A stretch of 63,597 nt of DNA, counting the filler, from Phoronis australis (lineage: Eukaryota; Animalia; Phoronida): NCBI GenBank assembly GCA_002633005.1. It is 5 parts of 5 records of this genome, joined end to end, with 100 filler letters (N's around TTAATTAATTAA, not from the genome) between each part and the next. Parts side by side here need not be neighbours in the genome. Positions count along the whole stretch, not along the records: positions 22,018 to 40,889 come from NMRA01000057.1; 4 more parts are not named here. One strand, written 5' to 3'. The translations under genes were made by a program, and so were the position numbers. The notes beneath the pieces were generated by a model. It did not search any database. It had not been told where the DNA came from and was given only the letters and a program-made list of their open reading frames with translations. Shown one piece after another: positions 25,128 to 38,573 of this stretch (within the stretch, counting starts at the first letter, position 1; each line of letters begins with the position of its first letter).

Positions 25128-27152
25128 CTCATGTTTCAGAATGTTCCTATCTTGTTCAGGTTAATTGGGTGTTTCAGATTTTGGAAGTATAATTGATTTT
25201 CTTGTGAAATCTTGGATAACATCTGTATCGCTTTCAGCAACTTCAGCTTTAGTACTACTGTTGGTGCCTTGAAACGTTGCTATGCCTTTCTATGTCCTTT
25301 CAATTTTTTGGTCTGACACTTGGTCTTCTAGTCTACAGCACTCAGCAGTATACTGTGTAGGCTACCAGGACATGCAGCTGTTTTCTGCACAAACGTTTGT
25401 GACACCTCTTCTTCTTTTTGATCTACTGATCTACAGAGTTCCACAGTCAATCAGCTTTCGTCAGGAAGCTTTCCTAAGCTTCTTTAGGCTCTGACATCAC
25501 AATTTTGTGCTGTTTGATAAACCTTGAATTTTACAGGCATCACACTCCACGGGAGAAGCCATATTGAAGTAACTAAGCACAACAATACAATCTGGCTCTC
25601 TGATTGGTCAGTTCAATAGAAAAGCGCCATCAAGTGGCAGGAATGTGCATCATATTTTGTGCAACAAAAACACCTTTTTTAAAAAAATGTGCAAGTGTAG
25701 ACGTGGGAACTTTTTGGAATTTGATTTATAGGTATATTATCTAGCCACATAGAAAAAACTAGGTTGCCCCCCCCAAAGTACTCACAAGGATGAACGCTAT
25801 GAGATCTGGCCCACCGACTACAGGTGTCGGTTAGTGCCTGGGACAAATAGATACATTGCATAAACAATCCCTGGGTTGTTTTTTGTTCGTCTGAAGAAAA
25901 TTTAACTTCGAAAATATCTTCTGAAAATAAACAAAAAAGTGCATTAGTAAAAACTACAAATTTTTAAGTGGTTTCAAAAAACAGTCGGTAAATGCACCGA
26001 TTTTCGTCTCAGTTCTTCGATGCGTGTTACTTCCGAGAGGTTAGTACCTAACGTGCAAACGAGCACTCTAGATTGGAACGCTAAGTCCCGCGTGGCTGCG
26101 CTGCAAGCGAAAGAAGATGGCGGACGACCTTTGGAGCCTGACGACGATAGGCATCCCGACTATACACGATGTTAAGTCTCATTGCGCGAGATATTATACG
26201 AATGCAACTACATAAAAGTTCAGCCATATACTGTACACTGATCTGGGTGGCTATCCCACAGTATCTACCAAAGCTAGGGACTTTTAAACACAAACTGACT
26301 ACTGTCACGCCTCTCATATGATGTAACACCGTTAGTACGCAATATTGTCCAAAATGTATGTTTGAACTTTTCTACTTGTCTGGTGCCTAGCTAGATATAC
26401 AAATAGTGGACCTCGCGTGTCACTTAAGCGACGCCTTCAAAGAAAAGTGTCAGAATCATAGACATCTAAAAATACATGTTTACGGTTACGACTATCTCTG
26501 GCACCTCACGTCTAGCGACGTGCGTTTATATTCGTAACGAGACTGTTGTGCTTTCACAACAAAAATGTTAGAATAAGTGGGGTAAAACACATTTGAATTT
26601 TCAAGTAATGGTTTACTCTTTATAGAAACCTTGAAGAAATAAAGCAAAGACAACATCTATCCCGAGATCTTGTGTATAAAGGCAGTGACATGAGGAATTT
26701 TTGGCAACTATGATTTTGGCGGCAAAACAAACGTCTCAAACGTCCTAGTGGAACGAAGATGTTGCGAAAACTTGTATTGATTATCATCATTGATATTGTA
26801 CTCTATTGTGAATTGTTTAGGTGCTTTGCAAGCGTACAGTGTCTACAGATTACAACCAAGCTGAAGTTTTGGAACGCAGTTAGTAACCCGCCCATTCCGG
26901 TCTGAGGAAGAAGGCTGTTTTTATCAACATCATCTTTAGAGATATCGGTTAAGCTAATACCTAAATTGACCAAAAATGCCTTAAAAACCTGATTTAGTAC
27001 TCCCTAGTTTTAATCGCTAACCCTTCCGAGGTTAGGCTTTATGTAAGCACAATATTTGGGGGATTTAGAAAAACTTCCAAGATATGCAAGTTTGTTTTTG
27101 TTTTTGTTTTTCTTTCCTGTTCTGATCATCATGTTTCTATTTTCAATTTTAG

Positions 27153-27284
27153 CTTCGCTGAAGTGCTTCAATTATGGTATAATAGGAGGTGAATGGGTGA
27201 TAATTCCTAAAGAAGAAAAGGAGTGCCCGGATCCAAACTCGATGTGTGCTACCAGCATTCACAAGGACAACAATCCACACGGAA
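27153..27284 (+). CDS. Three-finger (Ly6/uPAR-fold, quiver-like) protein gene A, internal exon
   Basis: ag|CT...GGAA|gtaag, phase 1-1; SLKCFNYGIIGGEWVIIPKEEKECPDPNSMCATSIHKDNNPHG. Signal-peptide exon not securely located; candidates lie near 26759-26880. Confidence 0.7.
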
Positions 27285-29554
27285 GTAAGAAAGGCTAAAC
27301 TTGCATGTTGCAACACATTCCTAATTATATTGCAATAGTCGCCTCTACTTATCATTAATTAGAAATATGTTGTTGAAAGAAAGTATTTTCAAAGAACCAC
27401 CTACATCTGTATCAGAGCTAAAGTTCGTTGTCGGAAAGTTAGACACACTAGTGAAGCTACGACACGTTCATAAGTGGGTCTATGAGGATTCCGAACTGCT
27501 CGGTGACTTCTTGCTTTCCCAGCCCAAATTACATAAACCAATAACATGCAAAAGTAATGTAAATCTGTAAAACATTGAACATTGGAACGTGAAAGAAAGA
27601 GTATAGTAGCCTACAACGCTGCAATGACTTTAAGAGAGTTCCTCATTATATTTCGGTGTTGATTTATGTTTATATGGTAAAATATTATTTCTCTTCTTTT
27701 TAGATTGCTTTCTCTGTCCATAATTTTATGCGCTCACTGATATATATGTGGGTGCATAGTTTAATCAGCTCTTTTTTGCGTCTCGGGGACATGCGAGCCT
27801 ATGCTTACCGTCTCGCGCATCTCCACTGGAGTGCAGGACGTATTCAACGGGAGCTTATGACTCGTGCTTACTGTGTATTGCTCGTTCTTGGGGAAGAATT
27901 ACAAGCGCCAATCCCTACTACGAAGGAGGTTCAACGGGTTACTCCCAAGGGGCAGTTTATTACGTCTGCCTTTTGTTTACCAAATTTTCTTGATGAGTAT
28001 TCATGAAATGTAATGAATGTATTTCTATGAAGAATTGAGGAGAAGCCATCGGCTCATCACCCNCCCCCCCCCCCCGTACTATTTAACATATATCCTGCCA
28101 CAAGATTTTTATCCTGGCCCTTCGAATAAGCGAGGGTTGAGAATTTAAATTGTGTGTACTTTATGTCATTATAATTGTGGAAAGATAACTTTTTGGGACA
28201 TGTACATGTAAAATTCGCCTTAAAAGATCGTACCTCCACCCGAGGAGGTGTTTTTTTGTCGGATAAGAGACAGGGTCTGTCAATACTCTGTCAAGTCTAT
28301 GTAGTATTGTGCACTCTGGCGACTATTTGAGGCCAATTAGAATTGCTCTCTTTAACGGCATGTCCGAAATGTCATTCGCTTTCTTATACTGTTCATGTAA
28401 GTGTACTGTTTGCAAAGCATGATGCAGACTCGTGTCCAGTCAAGGTATTGTGTTGTTTTTGTTGACATGGATAGCGTACTTGAGGCTAGTGCAATCAGTT
28501 TCCTAACAATTGAATTACAGGATCATGATTTTGTGCATTTCTCATGGTGAGTTCTAGTACGTGTGCATGTAGGTATTGAAATACATGAAAATAAACGCTT
28601 TAATTGATACTTGAATATCATTATCCAAAAACCTGATGATCTGTCAAAGTGGTTCACCTAAATTTTAATTCTTGTACATGGAGAGAGAATGATTAAATTC
28701 AGTAATTAATTTATTGTATGATAGCCGTTCATTAAAACAAGTACATTAAATAAGTAATATACTAACAATGAAGAAGAGTAACTAGGATTACTTCAATCAA
28801 TTATCTGTAAAGAATCAAACGTCTTATCTGCTATCCAAGCTGAAAGACTCTCTACCTGTTGGATGACAGTCCTGTTGGTGAATTTTCAAACTACACACAC
28901 ACACACACACTGTATTGCGACCATAGACATCCAATACTATAGTCCGGGCGCACGCGCTACTGCAGCCTACAACTTGACGCTCTATTCGAGAGTTACTAGT
29001 CACGCGACACGGCTAATTGCCGTGTAAACAAACGGGGTAAACTGATCTTTTCAAAGCGCGATATTTAACAAATAAAGAGGCGGAAAAGTGTGATTCTTTC
29101 CAGAAACCTAAAAAACGGGTTTTGTCACACTTACCTGCGTTTTTAAGTGCCAATCAGTCGATAGGAAAATATCAAGCTAATAGAAAATCGCGACCAGTGG
29201 TAGATTTTCGAATTGTCTGAGCGGCTGCACGCTTGTTATCCACTGTGAGCGGTTTATTTTTTTCTTTCGTTTTTTCAAGAGAAACCAGTAAGATCGCGCA
29301 AATTTATTATTTAATTCGTGTCGTTCAATGCAAATACATTATATCGAGGAGACATGCTGCTCACTTGGGACGCACTTTTGTTGTGCCCCAATTAGCCTTG
29401 GTTTTCAGTACTGAAAGTGACCCCGGGTAACTACGTAAATTTAAAATACGACCCAGGTCGCATTTAATGGGGGGTCTAAATTTAATGTGAACTACTGTGA
29501 AAAATGACCTCATCAGAGCCATGTAGATAAATGACAGGTTTTTAAACTTCATTA

Positions 29555-30940
29555 GGGCGTTTTTCTGTTCCGTGACTTTACCAGACGTACAGCGGTTGTG
29601 AGCGTGTGATAGTCTTAACTTCGATTGTATAGTTGGGCGATTTTGGTGATTCAAAATCTTTAAGCATGACCAGTATTTGATGGGAAATTCAGAAATGTCA
29701 ATGGTATTTGTTCAAACATTTTATAATTTAACTTATTTTTAGCACCATAGCCCAGTGAGTCAATGATATGATCTTATTGGAGATTAGAGCAATTATCGAA
29801 CAAAAGAGAGCTGACCCTCTCCAACCCTAATTGCCAGAATGGACTTAATCAGACGTCGGTGTAAGATATTGGCTTCAGCAGTTATAAGCCCAACTTGTGC
29901 TATACAACCTAACAAGTTAGACTAAACGAGAGAACTCCTTCACGTGAAAAGCAAAGAGCACAGACTCAATTCCTCTCCTGTGCATCGGTCGAGACTGCCA
30001 ACGGACAACTCTTCTCTCACGCACGGCATTCCTCTCTCACGGATCTGAAGTCACCCCCAATCAAGCACCATGCCCTTGTTGGCGTTTTGTATTATCCCAC
30101 ACCGTGTAATTATGTGCTCACAAAGAGATCAGCCCCACGCACATTATTTCGAACTGTTCCTATCCACCCTCGCCCTTAATCTGATATACAGTGTACGTAC
30201 TGCGCGTCGCTCAGCCGCCGAGAATTTTTTTTAAAAATCTCTCACGCACGTTTGGCCTCAATTCTCATGGTTCCAAATTTGACTTTTATTGTAAGAAAAC
30301 ATTGCTGCGATAGAAAGATTCTTAACATGTGCCCAAGTATTTCGGATTAGTCTTCATGAATTTCAAAAGTCAGATATTGTATCATGGCACGAGCAGTGTA
30401 AAAATGGCCAGTTGTCACATGACGGCGTTTTCCCGTTCAGTGACTTTACCAGACGAAGGGGGTTCTGAGCGTGTGAAAACATCTAGCTTCTTTGTTAACT
30501 GCCAAGCAAAGTCTTTTGTCTGTTATGGCAACAGGCAGGCCAATTATCTAGCAGGCTTATTACAGACCACGTGTGAACACCATCAAACCCAGAGCGAAAT
30601 GGTTTATTCAGAAAGAATAGATTATCGTAACTTCGGTTGCTGTTGGGAGATTTCAAAAACTAGTAGACATGATCCCCATTAGACGAGCGTGTCAGAAATG
30701 CTACTGGTTTATGTTCAAATATGTTATAACTTAACTTTTATTTTTAACAGCACAGCCCAGTCAGGCTAGATACGATCTTTTTGAAGATTAGAGCAATTAA
30801 CGAGCAAAAGAGAGCTAGCCCTCCAACCATGAATGCCAGAATGGAGTTACGTGTAATCAGACGAGTAGGATATTGGCTACAGGGGTAAACTTCCCAACTT
30901 TTTGTTGGGCTATAGCATCGAACAAGTTGGGAGCAACGGG
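29555..30940 (+). repeat. Diverged direct repeat pair (~29555-29930 and ~30420-30940) inside the gene A intron
   Basis: Shared gtgactttaccagacg...gagcgtgtga, cagaaatg...tgttcaaa and gattagagcaatta...aaaagagagct blocks. Confidence 0.6.
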
Positions 30941-31214
30941 AAAACACCGTAATGAAGTTGGGCAACTGAACGAAGGACTATTCGAAAATTTATGATTGTT
31001 TTCACTTCAGCCCAGCTTCCCTACATCAAATTCCTGGTCTGCACGCCGTTCAGTACTTTCACTCCCTAATTGCGGCATATATTGAAAAAGCAAGATTTTT
31101 CTTGCCGCGCGTTACTCAGGTGACCTCCAGATCTAAACATCCGCGTATCGAACACTGTTGGAACATCGCCAACTGCGGGTATCGTATCAGCTTATCCCAA
31201 CCCCCTAGGGAACC

Positions 31215-31641
31215 CAGTGGCGGATTTAGAGGGGGCCAAGACCCCCCCCCCCTAAAATTCTCCCAGATCCCATTAGGTAGTGCGGGAGTGCGAAAGTCCG
31301 ACAGGCAAAATCCTGGCTAATACATGGGCGCACCCAGGGGGGAGCTCGGGGGCTCATCCCCATTTGACGAAGTGGGCAAAAAGGTCCTTCTTAGAGAAAT
31401 AAAAAGTCTGAGGAAACCTGACAAAAGTCCACAGGAATTCGTCGCGAACGCACAATGCACGGGGTTGAACCTAGTACCCCGTTTTATTTTGTTTTTTTTT
31501 TAGTACTCGTCTTCTTGGTCCAGTAAAATGTCCACATGACCTCGAACTTCGAGCCCCCTCTCTATATTTTAGGCTGGGTGCGCGCATGTGATCCTCTGCC
31601 TTGCCCCTCCCACCTAAATCAAAATTCTCGATCCGCCCTTG
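31215..31641 (+). mobile_element. MITE (CAGTGGCGGATTTAG family) with 5-bp TSD GAACC, carrying a nested MITE at ~31323-31588
   Basis: Flanks gaacc on both sides. The nested element has catgggcgcacccag...ctgggtgcgcgcatg ends and is absent from the sister copy at 39305. Confidence 0.75.
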
Positions 31642-33451
31642 GAACCGTTGAATAATGACGGGCCGGGTTTTCACGGACGTCAGGACATTTTTTTATGAGC
31701 TAAAATTTCTTCACATTAAATTTAGACCCTGTGAAAAAAATAGCCGGGGTCATTTTTCACAAGATCATTATTTAATGCTGCACCGGCTCGATTGGGTATG
31801 TTTGTACTCGGTGGAAAATTCTGAATTTTGAATTTAGGTCGGATGCGCAATTCAGTCGTACAGGTTTGATATTTTGGTTACTATGCACTTTACTTTTTTG
31901 CGCAAGTTTTGGGTCACAAAACAAAGAGCTCGTAAGCAAGCAGTGCAAATCCACAAAATTTCTAATACAAACTTTAACATAAGTACAGATTTTGCAGAGA
32001 TATGTTTGTTTTAATACAACAGAAGAAATCTTATTTTAGAATACTTGTTAAGAAATGAGTTTAAAAGCAGAATATATTTCAACAGAGAATACATTATTCA
32101 CTTAGATGTACTGATTTTGATGGCTAGCGAGTAGGTTCGGGTATGTTATTTTTCAGAACAAGTAAAAATACTTATGACTGTCATTGATACCAAATATTCA
32201 TTTGAGTACAATTAACAAACAGCATCATCATTGGATAACAGCATATGCTGGTCAATAATTATCTTTTCATTGATCTTGTATGGTCTCAATCATCGAGACT
32301 GATGTGGAAACAACACATATAGTCGATCCGATTAAACTATAGCGGCAGAACATAAAAACCTAGTGGCAGCACCTCTAAACTCCATGGCCGAACCAAAAAA
32401 CTCATGACTCGAAGGCAGGACCAAAAAACTCTTTGGCTGCAAGCATAATACTGCGAACCCACCGATTTTCTGACTGATGCCGTAGGGCTCCCAGTGTTTC
32501 CTGCCATGTTTCTGTGTAACACTCTCCAATATGGCGTCATATTGACATCGCGAGTTGCATGTATCTGAGTGGCACTCGCCCAGTGTATGATGTCTATGAT
32601 TGCGACAGTGTACTCGCTGGTCACACTTTTTCGTGACACAAAACTTGCAGGCAGTATCTTGTACCCACAATTCCTCTTGCTGGTCACAGTCTCTCGTTAC
32701 GCAACACTTGCTGGCAGTATCTTACTAACCACGATGCAAGTGACAAGCTCTTCGTTAACTTCTTGCTCGTGTCTGACAGCCACCTGAAATCGCACCCGGT
32801 TTCTTAGACAGCAGGCGACAGGGGTTGAAAACAAACGACAGCCACCGTTTTGCATCAAAAGTAGGTCACGGCTAAAAAACGTGGATTTGCTCTTTCAAAA
32901 ACACAAGTAAATCAATTTCCTGGCATTGGTTTGCGGCAAATTCCTCGAACAACCAGCCAAACCTGAAATACGCCCTGCACATACATACTAGAAAATGCCC
33001 CGTGGCTGCAGCGTTCCTGTTCAGTGCTACCTAACCCTTGCACTTGCCAAGATCCTTTATAGAATCTGCCACGAGATGGCTCTGTTGTACAATTTCATCT
33101 GCACACTGTAGCAAGTCTGTCAGTATCAACTACTATACCTCATCAGTATTTTGTAGATTTCAGTGCAAATTATAATATTCTTGTTTAACGATTGGCTAAT
33201 AAAATCACATGATTTTATCCAATCATATCATTTGCTGTTACGATTTGCTATCAGAAATTTCTAGAATCTTTAGAGTGCTTTGACCCCAGAACCAAAGTAG
33301 TAAACATCATCTTGACGCTCAAATGCATGAGAACAAGTTTGAGCACATGATTTAATAGTACATATGCAGAAATTTTGGGCAGCTTAAAATGGTTCTATCT
33401 TAAGTAATTACTTAATCAATATTTATTCTGAAAAACGTTATACATTTTCAG

Positions 33452-33633
33452 GGTTTTTGGGGTATTTGTGTATGAAGAAGAGCGAGGCTGGAGTGCCTGA
33501 TAAGCCGGGCTGTACATCACGCCCCTTGATCAAGACTATCTGTTACTCTGGCGGATACTGCGAAAAGAAGGAAGACGGGACGATTGAAGAATGCTTCTGC
33601 GATTCTGACTTGTGCAACGCTATTAAGCAATAA
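33452..33633 (+). CDS. Three-finger protein gene A, last exon
   Basis: Phase-1 acceptor compatible with the 27284 donor; FLGYLCMKKSEAGVPDKPGCTSRPLIKTICYSGGYCEKKEDGTIEECFCDSDLCNAIKQ*, with the canonical CxCxxDxCN end. Confidence 0.75.
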
Positions 33634-34056
33634 ACTGTGAATGGACGTATCTCGATAAATAGAAGCATTTACAAATATGCGTATTTGTTTGTTTTAAGAA
33701 GGTCTCTAGCTATGGCATTAGCCAGGATTGTTTTCAGCAATGTTGTGTCGTCATCCACAATGATTTTCTAGGAATATCTAAAAATAAATTAAGACCCTTT
33801 TGCAAAATTTCGCAGTCTAATGACGATTGTAGATCACATTTTGTATCTTTTTGAGTCTCCTAAATGCAGTCTTGAGATTTCTTTTACTAGCATATTCGTT
33901 ATCATTATCATTAGCGTCAAACACACATTTTAAATGTTCAAGTGGGCCCAGTCGGAAAAATTAACATAAAGATAAAATACTAGTCAGATATCAACAGATC
34001 AATTGCTACGAGTATGGAAATGCATAAAGAACCATATACCATGTGTAGGCCTAAGT

Positions 34057-34350
<294 letters not shown>

Positions 34351-34352
34351 TT

Positions 34353-34616
34353 GGGCCCGTTCCAAGAAACTGAATTAAGTTCATACATGTACATGTACTT
34401 GACTTAAGTCTAAGATGTGTCTTAACTTCCATACTTTGAAACTTCCAAATCCGCTAAGGTAGTTAAAATTAAGACAAAACTTTTATCAAATACTTAATTC
34501 AAACTTTTAAAAGATCTCTTTCTTGAAACGGTATCGAGACAAATTTAAGTCTTATTTTGAAATTTACTAAAATTTAAGATTTGCCTTAGCTAAGTCAGTT
34601 TTGTTGGAACGTGCCC
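34353..34616. mobile_element. Harbinger-like MITE with 3-bp TSD CTT
   Basis: TIRs gggcccgttccaagaaactga / tcagttttgttggaacgtgccc; ctt on both flanks. Confidence 0.6.
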
Positions 34617-35371
34617 CTTGTCTTTACATCACAACAGTGCTATAAAAATCCAAACGACATCAGTAGGTAACATAATTTAAAAAGCGATATTTCGAGACAC
34701 ATATGTCATATTCAGGCTATTATTTACAACTAGTTCACAGTGAAATGCACATCAGAAACGACAATCGCAGTATAACACGAGGGATCTAGATAAGAGGGAT
34801 AACGACTGATAACATGTAATAATCTATTTATACCACATACTGAACGAGAAACATTGCAGTGCATCGATCTACCTTTCTCGACTTGCCTCGGTGTTGTAAC
34901 TACTTTCTATGTCAGAGGCCCGGAGTCGGAGGTCGTGACCTTTTAAGAAAAGCCGAGCTATTTTTGTCAAATAGTGCTTATACTCAAAAGCAATTGAAAA
35001 TTTGAACAAAATAGAAATAAAGTGAATCTATCAATTAAGGTTTAGCAGTTATTATAGTCTACTGTACATTTTTTTCACGCTAAGCTTCGACCGGGAAAAT
35101 ATCCTCTGCTAAAGTAGGTTACCTCTAGTAACTGACTATAATGCTCAAGTCAAAGGATCCCAACGACAGGATACCCGCATTCAAATTGGAGATCGGTGAT
35201 TTACAAGTGAGAGAACAAGAGAGAAAAATTTCACTGAATTAAAATATCTCTTTTACTGAAATTATGCGTCTTATTTTTCATAGAGTATAAATGTCGGTAC
35301 AATGCCCTTTGCTGAACATGCGATTTTTGCGCGTGCTCATTTAAGTATTCTATTTTCACGTTTGATGACGT

Positions 35372-35452
35372 CAGCCGCTGAGTGGTGCAGTGGTAAAGTT
35401 GGCGACTCGCAATTCTTGAGGCCCGGATTCGAAAGCGGCCTCGGTTTCCCGC
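35372..35452 (+). repeat. tRNA-derived SINE head or tRNA pseudogene
   Basis: A-box-like tggtgcagtgg and degenerate B-box ggattcgaaagc at tRNA-like spacing; no clean cloverleaf. Confidence 0.35.
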
Positions 35453-35597
35453 CAAAATGTTACCTCACAAGTGAGATATCTAAACGGGTTATTACACGGT
35501 TGTATTTGCCATTTGACGCTAATATTATGGTATAAATAGGTTTATTTTTGTTTTTCTTTTCCTGCAGTGATCATCCTGTTTCCATGTTTAATGTTAG

Positions 35598-38328
35598 CTT
35601 TGCTGAAGTGCCTCAAATATGCGAAATTGGCGGATAAATGGGTGGTAAAACCTAAAGAAGAATTGGAGTGCCCGGATCCGAATTCGATGTGTGTTACCAG
35701 CAATTACACCGGGCCAGCATGTTTTTCGAACGCTGCTTGTTTTGTGTGACTATGACTGTGTGCAATGGATCTATAAAGTAATTAACTTGTAAAAGCATTG
35801 TAAATCGGTTACACGTCGAACAGTGAAACGTACATGTATGGAATAGAAAGCTTAGTAGTCTACAACGCTATAATGATATCAAGAGAGTTCCTCGTTTTAA
35901 TGTGGTGCTAATTCATGTTTGTGTGTGTTAAAGTATTGTTTCCTATCTTTTAAGATTGCTTTCTATGTCCATAATTTGATCCACCCACTGGTATACATGT
36001 GGGTGCATAGTGCAATCAACTCTTTCGCGGCGTCCGGGATCATGCTTTCCGTAGCTCGCATCTCAATATACCAAACCGCAAGACGGTGTACTATGACAAT
36101 TCGGAGGTGTTTTGCCCCTTCGAACAAGGGTGGGTTGCGAATTTCAAGTGCATGTACAGCACATTGTGTCATTATTGTTCAAAGAAACTTTTTTGGTCAT
36201 TGTAACAAGCACAATTAAACACTGTTGGTTATCTTAAAGGCGAAGGCAACCTTTTCCATGTCATTTTTAGCAAAAATAAGGTTCGTTGATTATCCCAGAC
36301 ATATTTTTCACTTATTTACTGCTTTTCGTAATTTAATTAATTACTCGTCGTCTACTCCGGAAGTGACGTTTTGGGAGGCAAGAATTTCGCGCCAATTTCT
36401 TTTCATATAGTCTGACTGGGAGAGCAGTCGAGTCAGTCATTGTTCTACCTCGGTTGTGATAAGTTCGGTCGTCGTTTGCTTTTGCTTACGAGTCAGTCAA
36501 CATGCCACGCTGTTGCTGCGTACTGGGGTGTACTCATTATCGTCTCACGTACAGAAGAACTGTCCCACTTGCCCGAGTGTCCCGCGACACACTCCCAATG
36601 AAGGGTGATCTGAGCACCCAAACTGCTTACATCCTGCCGTGTGACTCCCTCGCCACACACCTGGCACCTTCCAAATAGCTCCAATACAAGTCCACAATAA
36701 ACTTATCAACTTTAGGCTCACCGATCTGTTCATTGGATGACGAACTGTTTTCTTCACAGTTGGTGTCGAACTGGGCCTGTATTCACTCCCACTACTCAAC
36801 ATCGCTGCAGGACTGCTTACAGGCTCTTGGCTAGAGACAACAGCACAAGGCGAATCACTGCTAGTTTCCGGAATTGCACGCAATATGGTACATTCGGAGG
36901 CACGGGTGACAGCAGATGAAGTGCCTCCAGTCACTGTATACAGTGGCCACAGCTTGCGAGGCTTCTCGCTTCAAAAACGCACTTCTCGGGGTTGGCGACG
37001 GGGCACTGCCGGGAATCAACAGTGCCGGTATGGTATCCTTCTTCAGGCGTTGTTTCGCAGGGACCTTCATCAATTCAGCGTACATATCTGTCATAATCTG
37101 ACGGCAGAAAATGCTTGCCACACACTCGGTAACCCTCCACTGCTTTGTACGTTGCGTCGACGGGTAGCGCTGCGTTCTTCACAAGAACGAGCTAGCCAAG
37201 TACGGTGAAGTGTGTCATCCTTCGGAAAGCGACGCAAGGTACCCAAAGCGCGCGTGAGACGATAATGAGTACATCCCCGCACGAAGCAACAGCATGGCAT
37301 GTTGACTGACTTGTAAACAAAAGCAAACGACAACCGAACTTATAACAACCGAGGTAGAACAATGACTGACTCCACAGCTCTCACAGTCAGACTATAATCA
37401 AAAGAAATTGGCGCGAAACTCTTGCCTCCCAAAACGTCACTTCCGGAGTAGAGGACGAGAAATTAATCAAATTACGAAAAGCTGTAATTAAGTGAAAAAT
37501 GTGTCTGGGATAATCAACGAACCTTATTTTTGCTTAAAGTGACATGAAAAAAGGTTTCTTTCGCCTTTAAAAATAGGTCAATACGCATGTAGTAGTAAAA
37601 ATAAGGCTTCTTAAAAGATCACACTCTCACCTACTTAGGTGGTATTTTTTGGGAATGAGGCGGGGTCTGTCAATTTTCGGTCAAATCTGTGCAGTATACT
37701 GGTGACTATTTGAGGTCTCTTAGTATTGGCCTCTAACGGTCATGTTCGAAATTTTACACACCTTCCTGTAATTTAATTGTTTGCGAAGCATGTTGCATAC
37801 CTGTGTCAACACTCTATGTTGCTGTTGTTTGCGCGGGTAGGTGTACTTAAGATTAAATGCTCTTCGATTTCGAAACAGGTGAATTCCATGACCACGACAT
37901 CGTGCGTTTTTAATGATTAGTCCTAGTACGTGTACATGTAGGTACTGAAATACATGAAATTATACGTTTTTAATTGCTGCTTGCGTGTTATGTCCAAAAA
38001 TCAGTTGATCTGTCAATGTGGTTCGCCTAAATTTTAATTTCTGGGTTTCAACAAACTTTTCAATCGCTGTTTTTTGTATTTCGTGACTGCAAGATGATCG
38101 TGTAACTTCATACATGTACATTTTCAGGGTTAGTAGTGCATGAAGCAAGGCGATACCGGAGTGCCCGATAAGCAAGGCGATACCGGAGTGCCCGATAAGC
38201 CGGGCTGCCACTCACGTCCCGTGGTAACGACTACCTGTTAGCATGACGGACACTGCGAACAGAAGGTTGACGGGAGGGTTGATGAATGCTTCTGTGATAC
38301 TGATATATGCAACGCGATTAAGCAATAA
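35598..38328 (+). pseudogene. Three-finger protein gene B (tandem paralog, pseudogene); exons ~35598-35720 and 38128-38328
   Basis: LLKCLKYAKLADKWVVKPKEELECPDPNSMCVTS; last exon ...PDKPGCHSRPVVTTTC*HDGHCEQKVDGRVDECFCDTDICNAIKQ* with in-frame TAGs and a 27-bp tandem duplication. Intron and 3' flanks are homologous to gene A. Confidence 0.75.
36238..37566 (-). mobile_element. Non-autonomous Kolobok derivative with two left ends and a frameshifted THAP ORF
   Basis: TTAA at 36234-36237 and 37567-37570; AGGCGAA termini; minus-strand MPCCCFVRGCTHYRLTRALG...; 36238-36548 is an inverted copy of the same 5' end including the THAP start. Confidence 0.85.
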
Positions 38329-38573
38329 GTCGTGTATGGATTTTTGACGATAAATAAAAGCATCTAAAAATATGCGTATTTGTTCGTTTTAAAGATTGTT
38401 TCCATGCTCCTAACAATGCTAATGTATAGCAGGAACTAAACGACAATGCTATTTTAACATAAACTACGCTAAACAAACTGCAGTTGTATTCATTGACAAT
38501 TAGTAAATGTAAAAACAAAAAAATCTGCAAAAAGGTGACCTTTGCACTGATGACCTAACACGCTGGCTCACAT

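Noticed and set aside
28923-32597. Large TIR element with ATAGACATC ends
   Set aside because: Only about 9-13 bp of imperfect match and no coding evidence; too weak to call.
35372-35452. Functional tRNA gene
   Set aside because: Degenerate B-box and weak stems; at best a SINE head.
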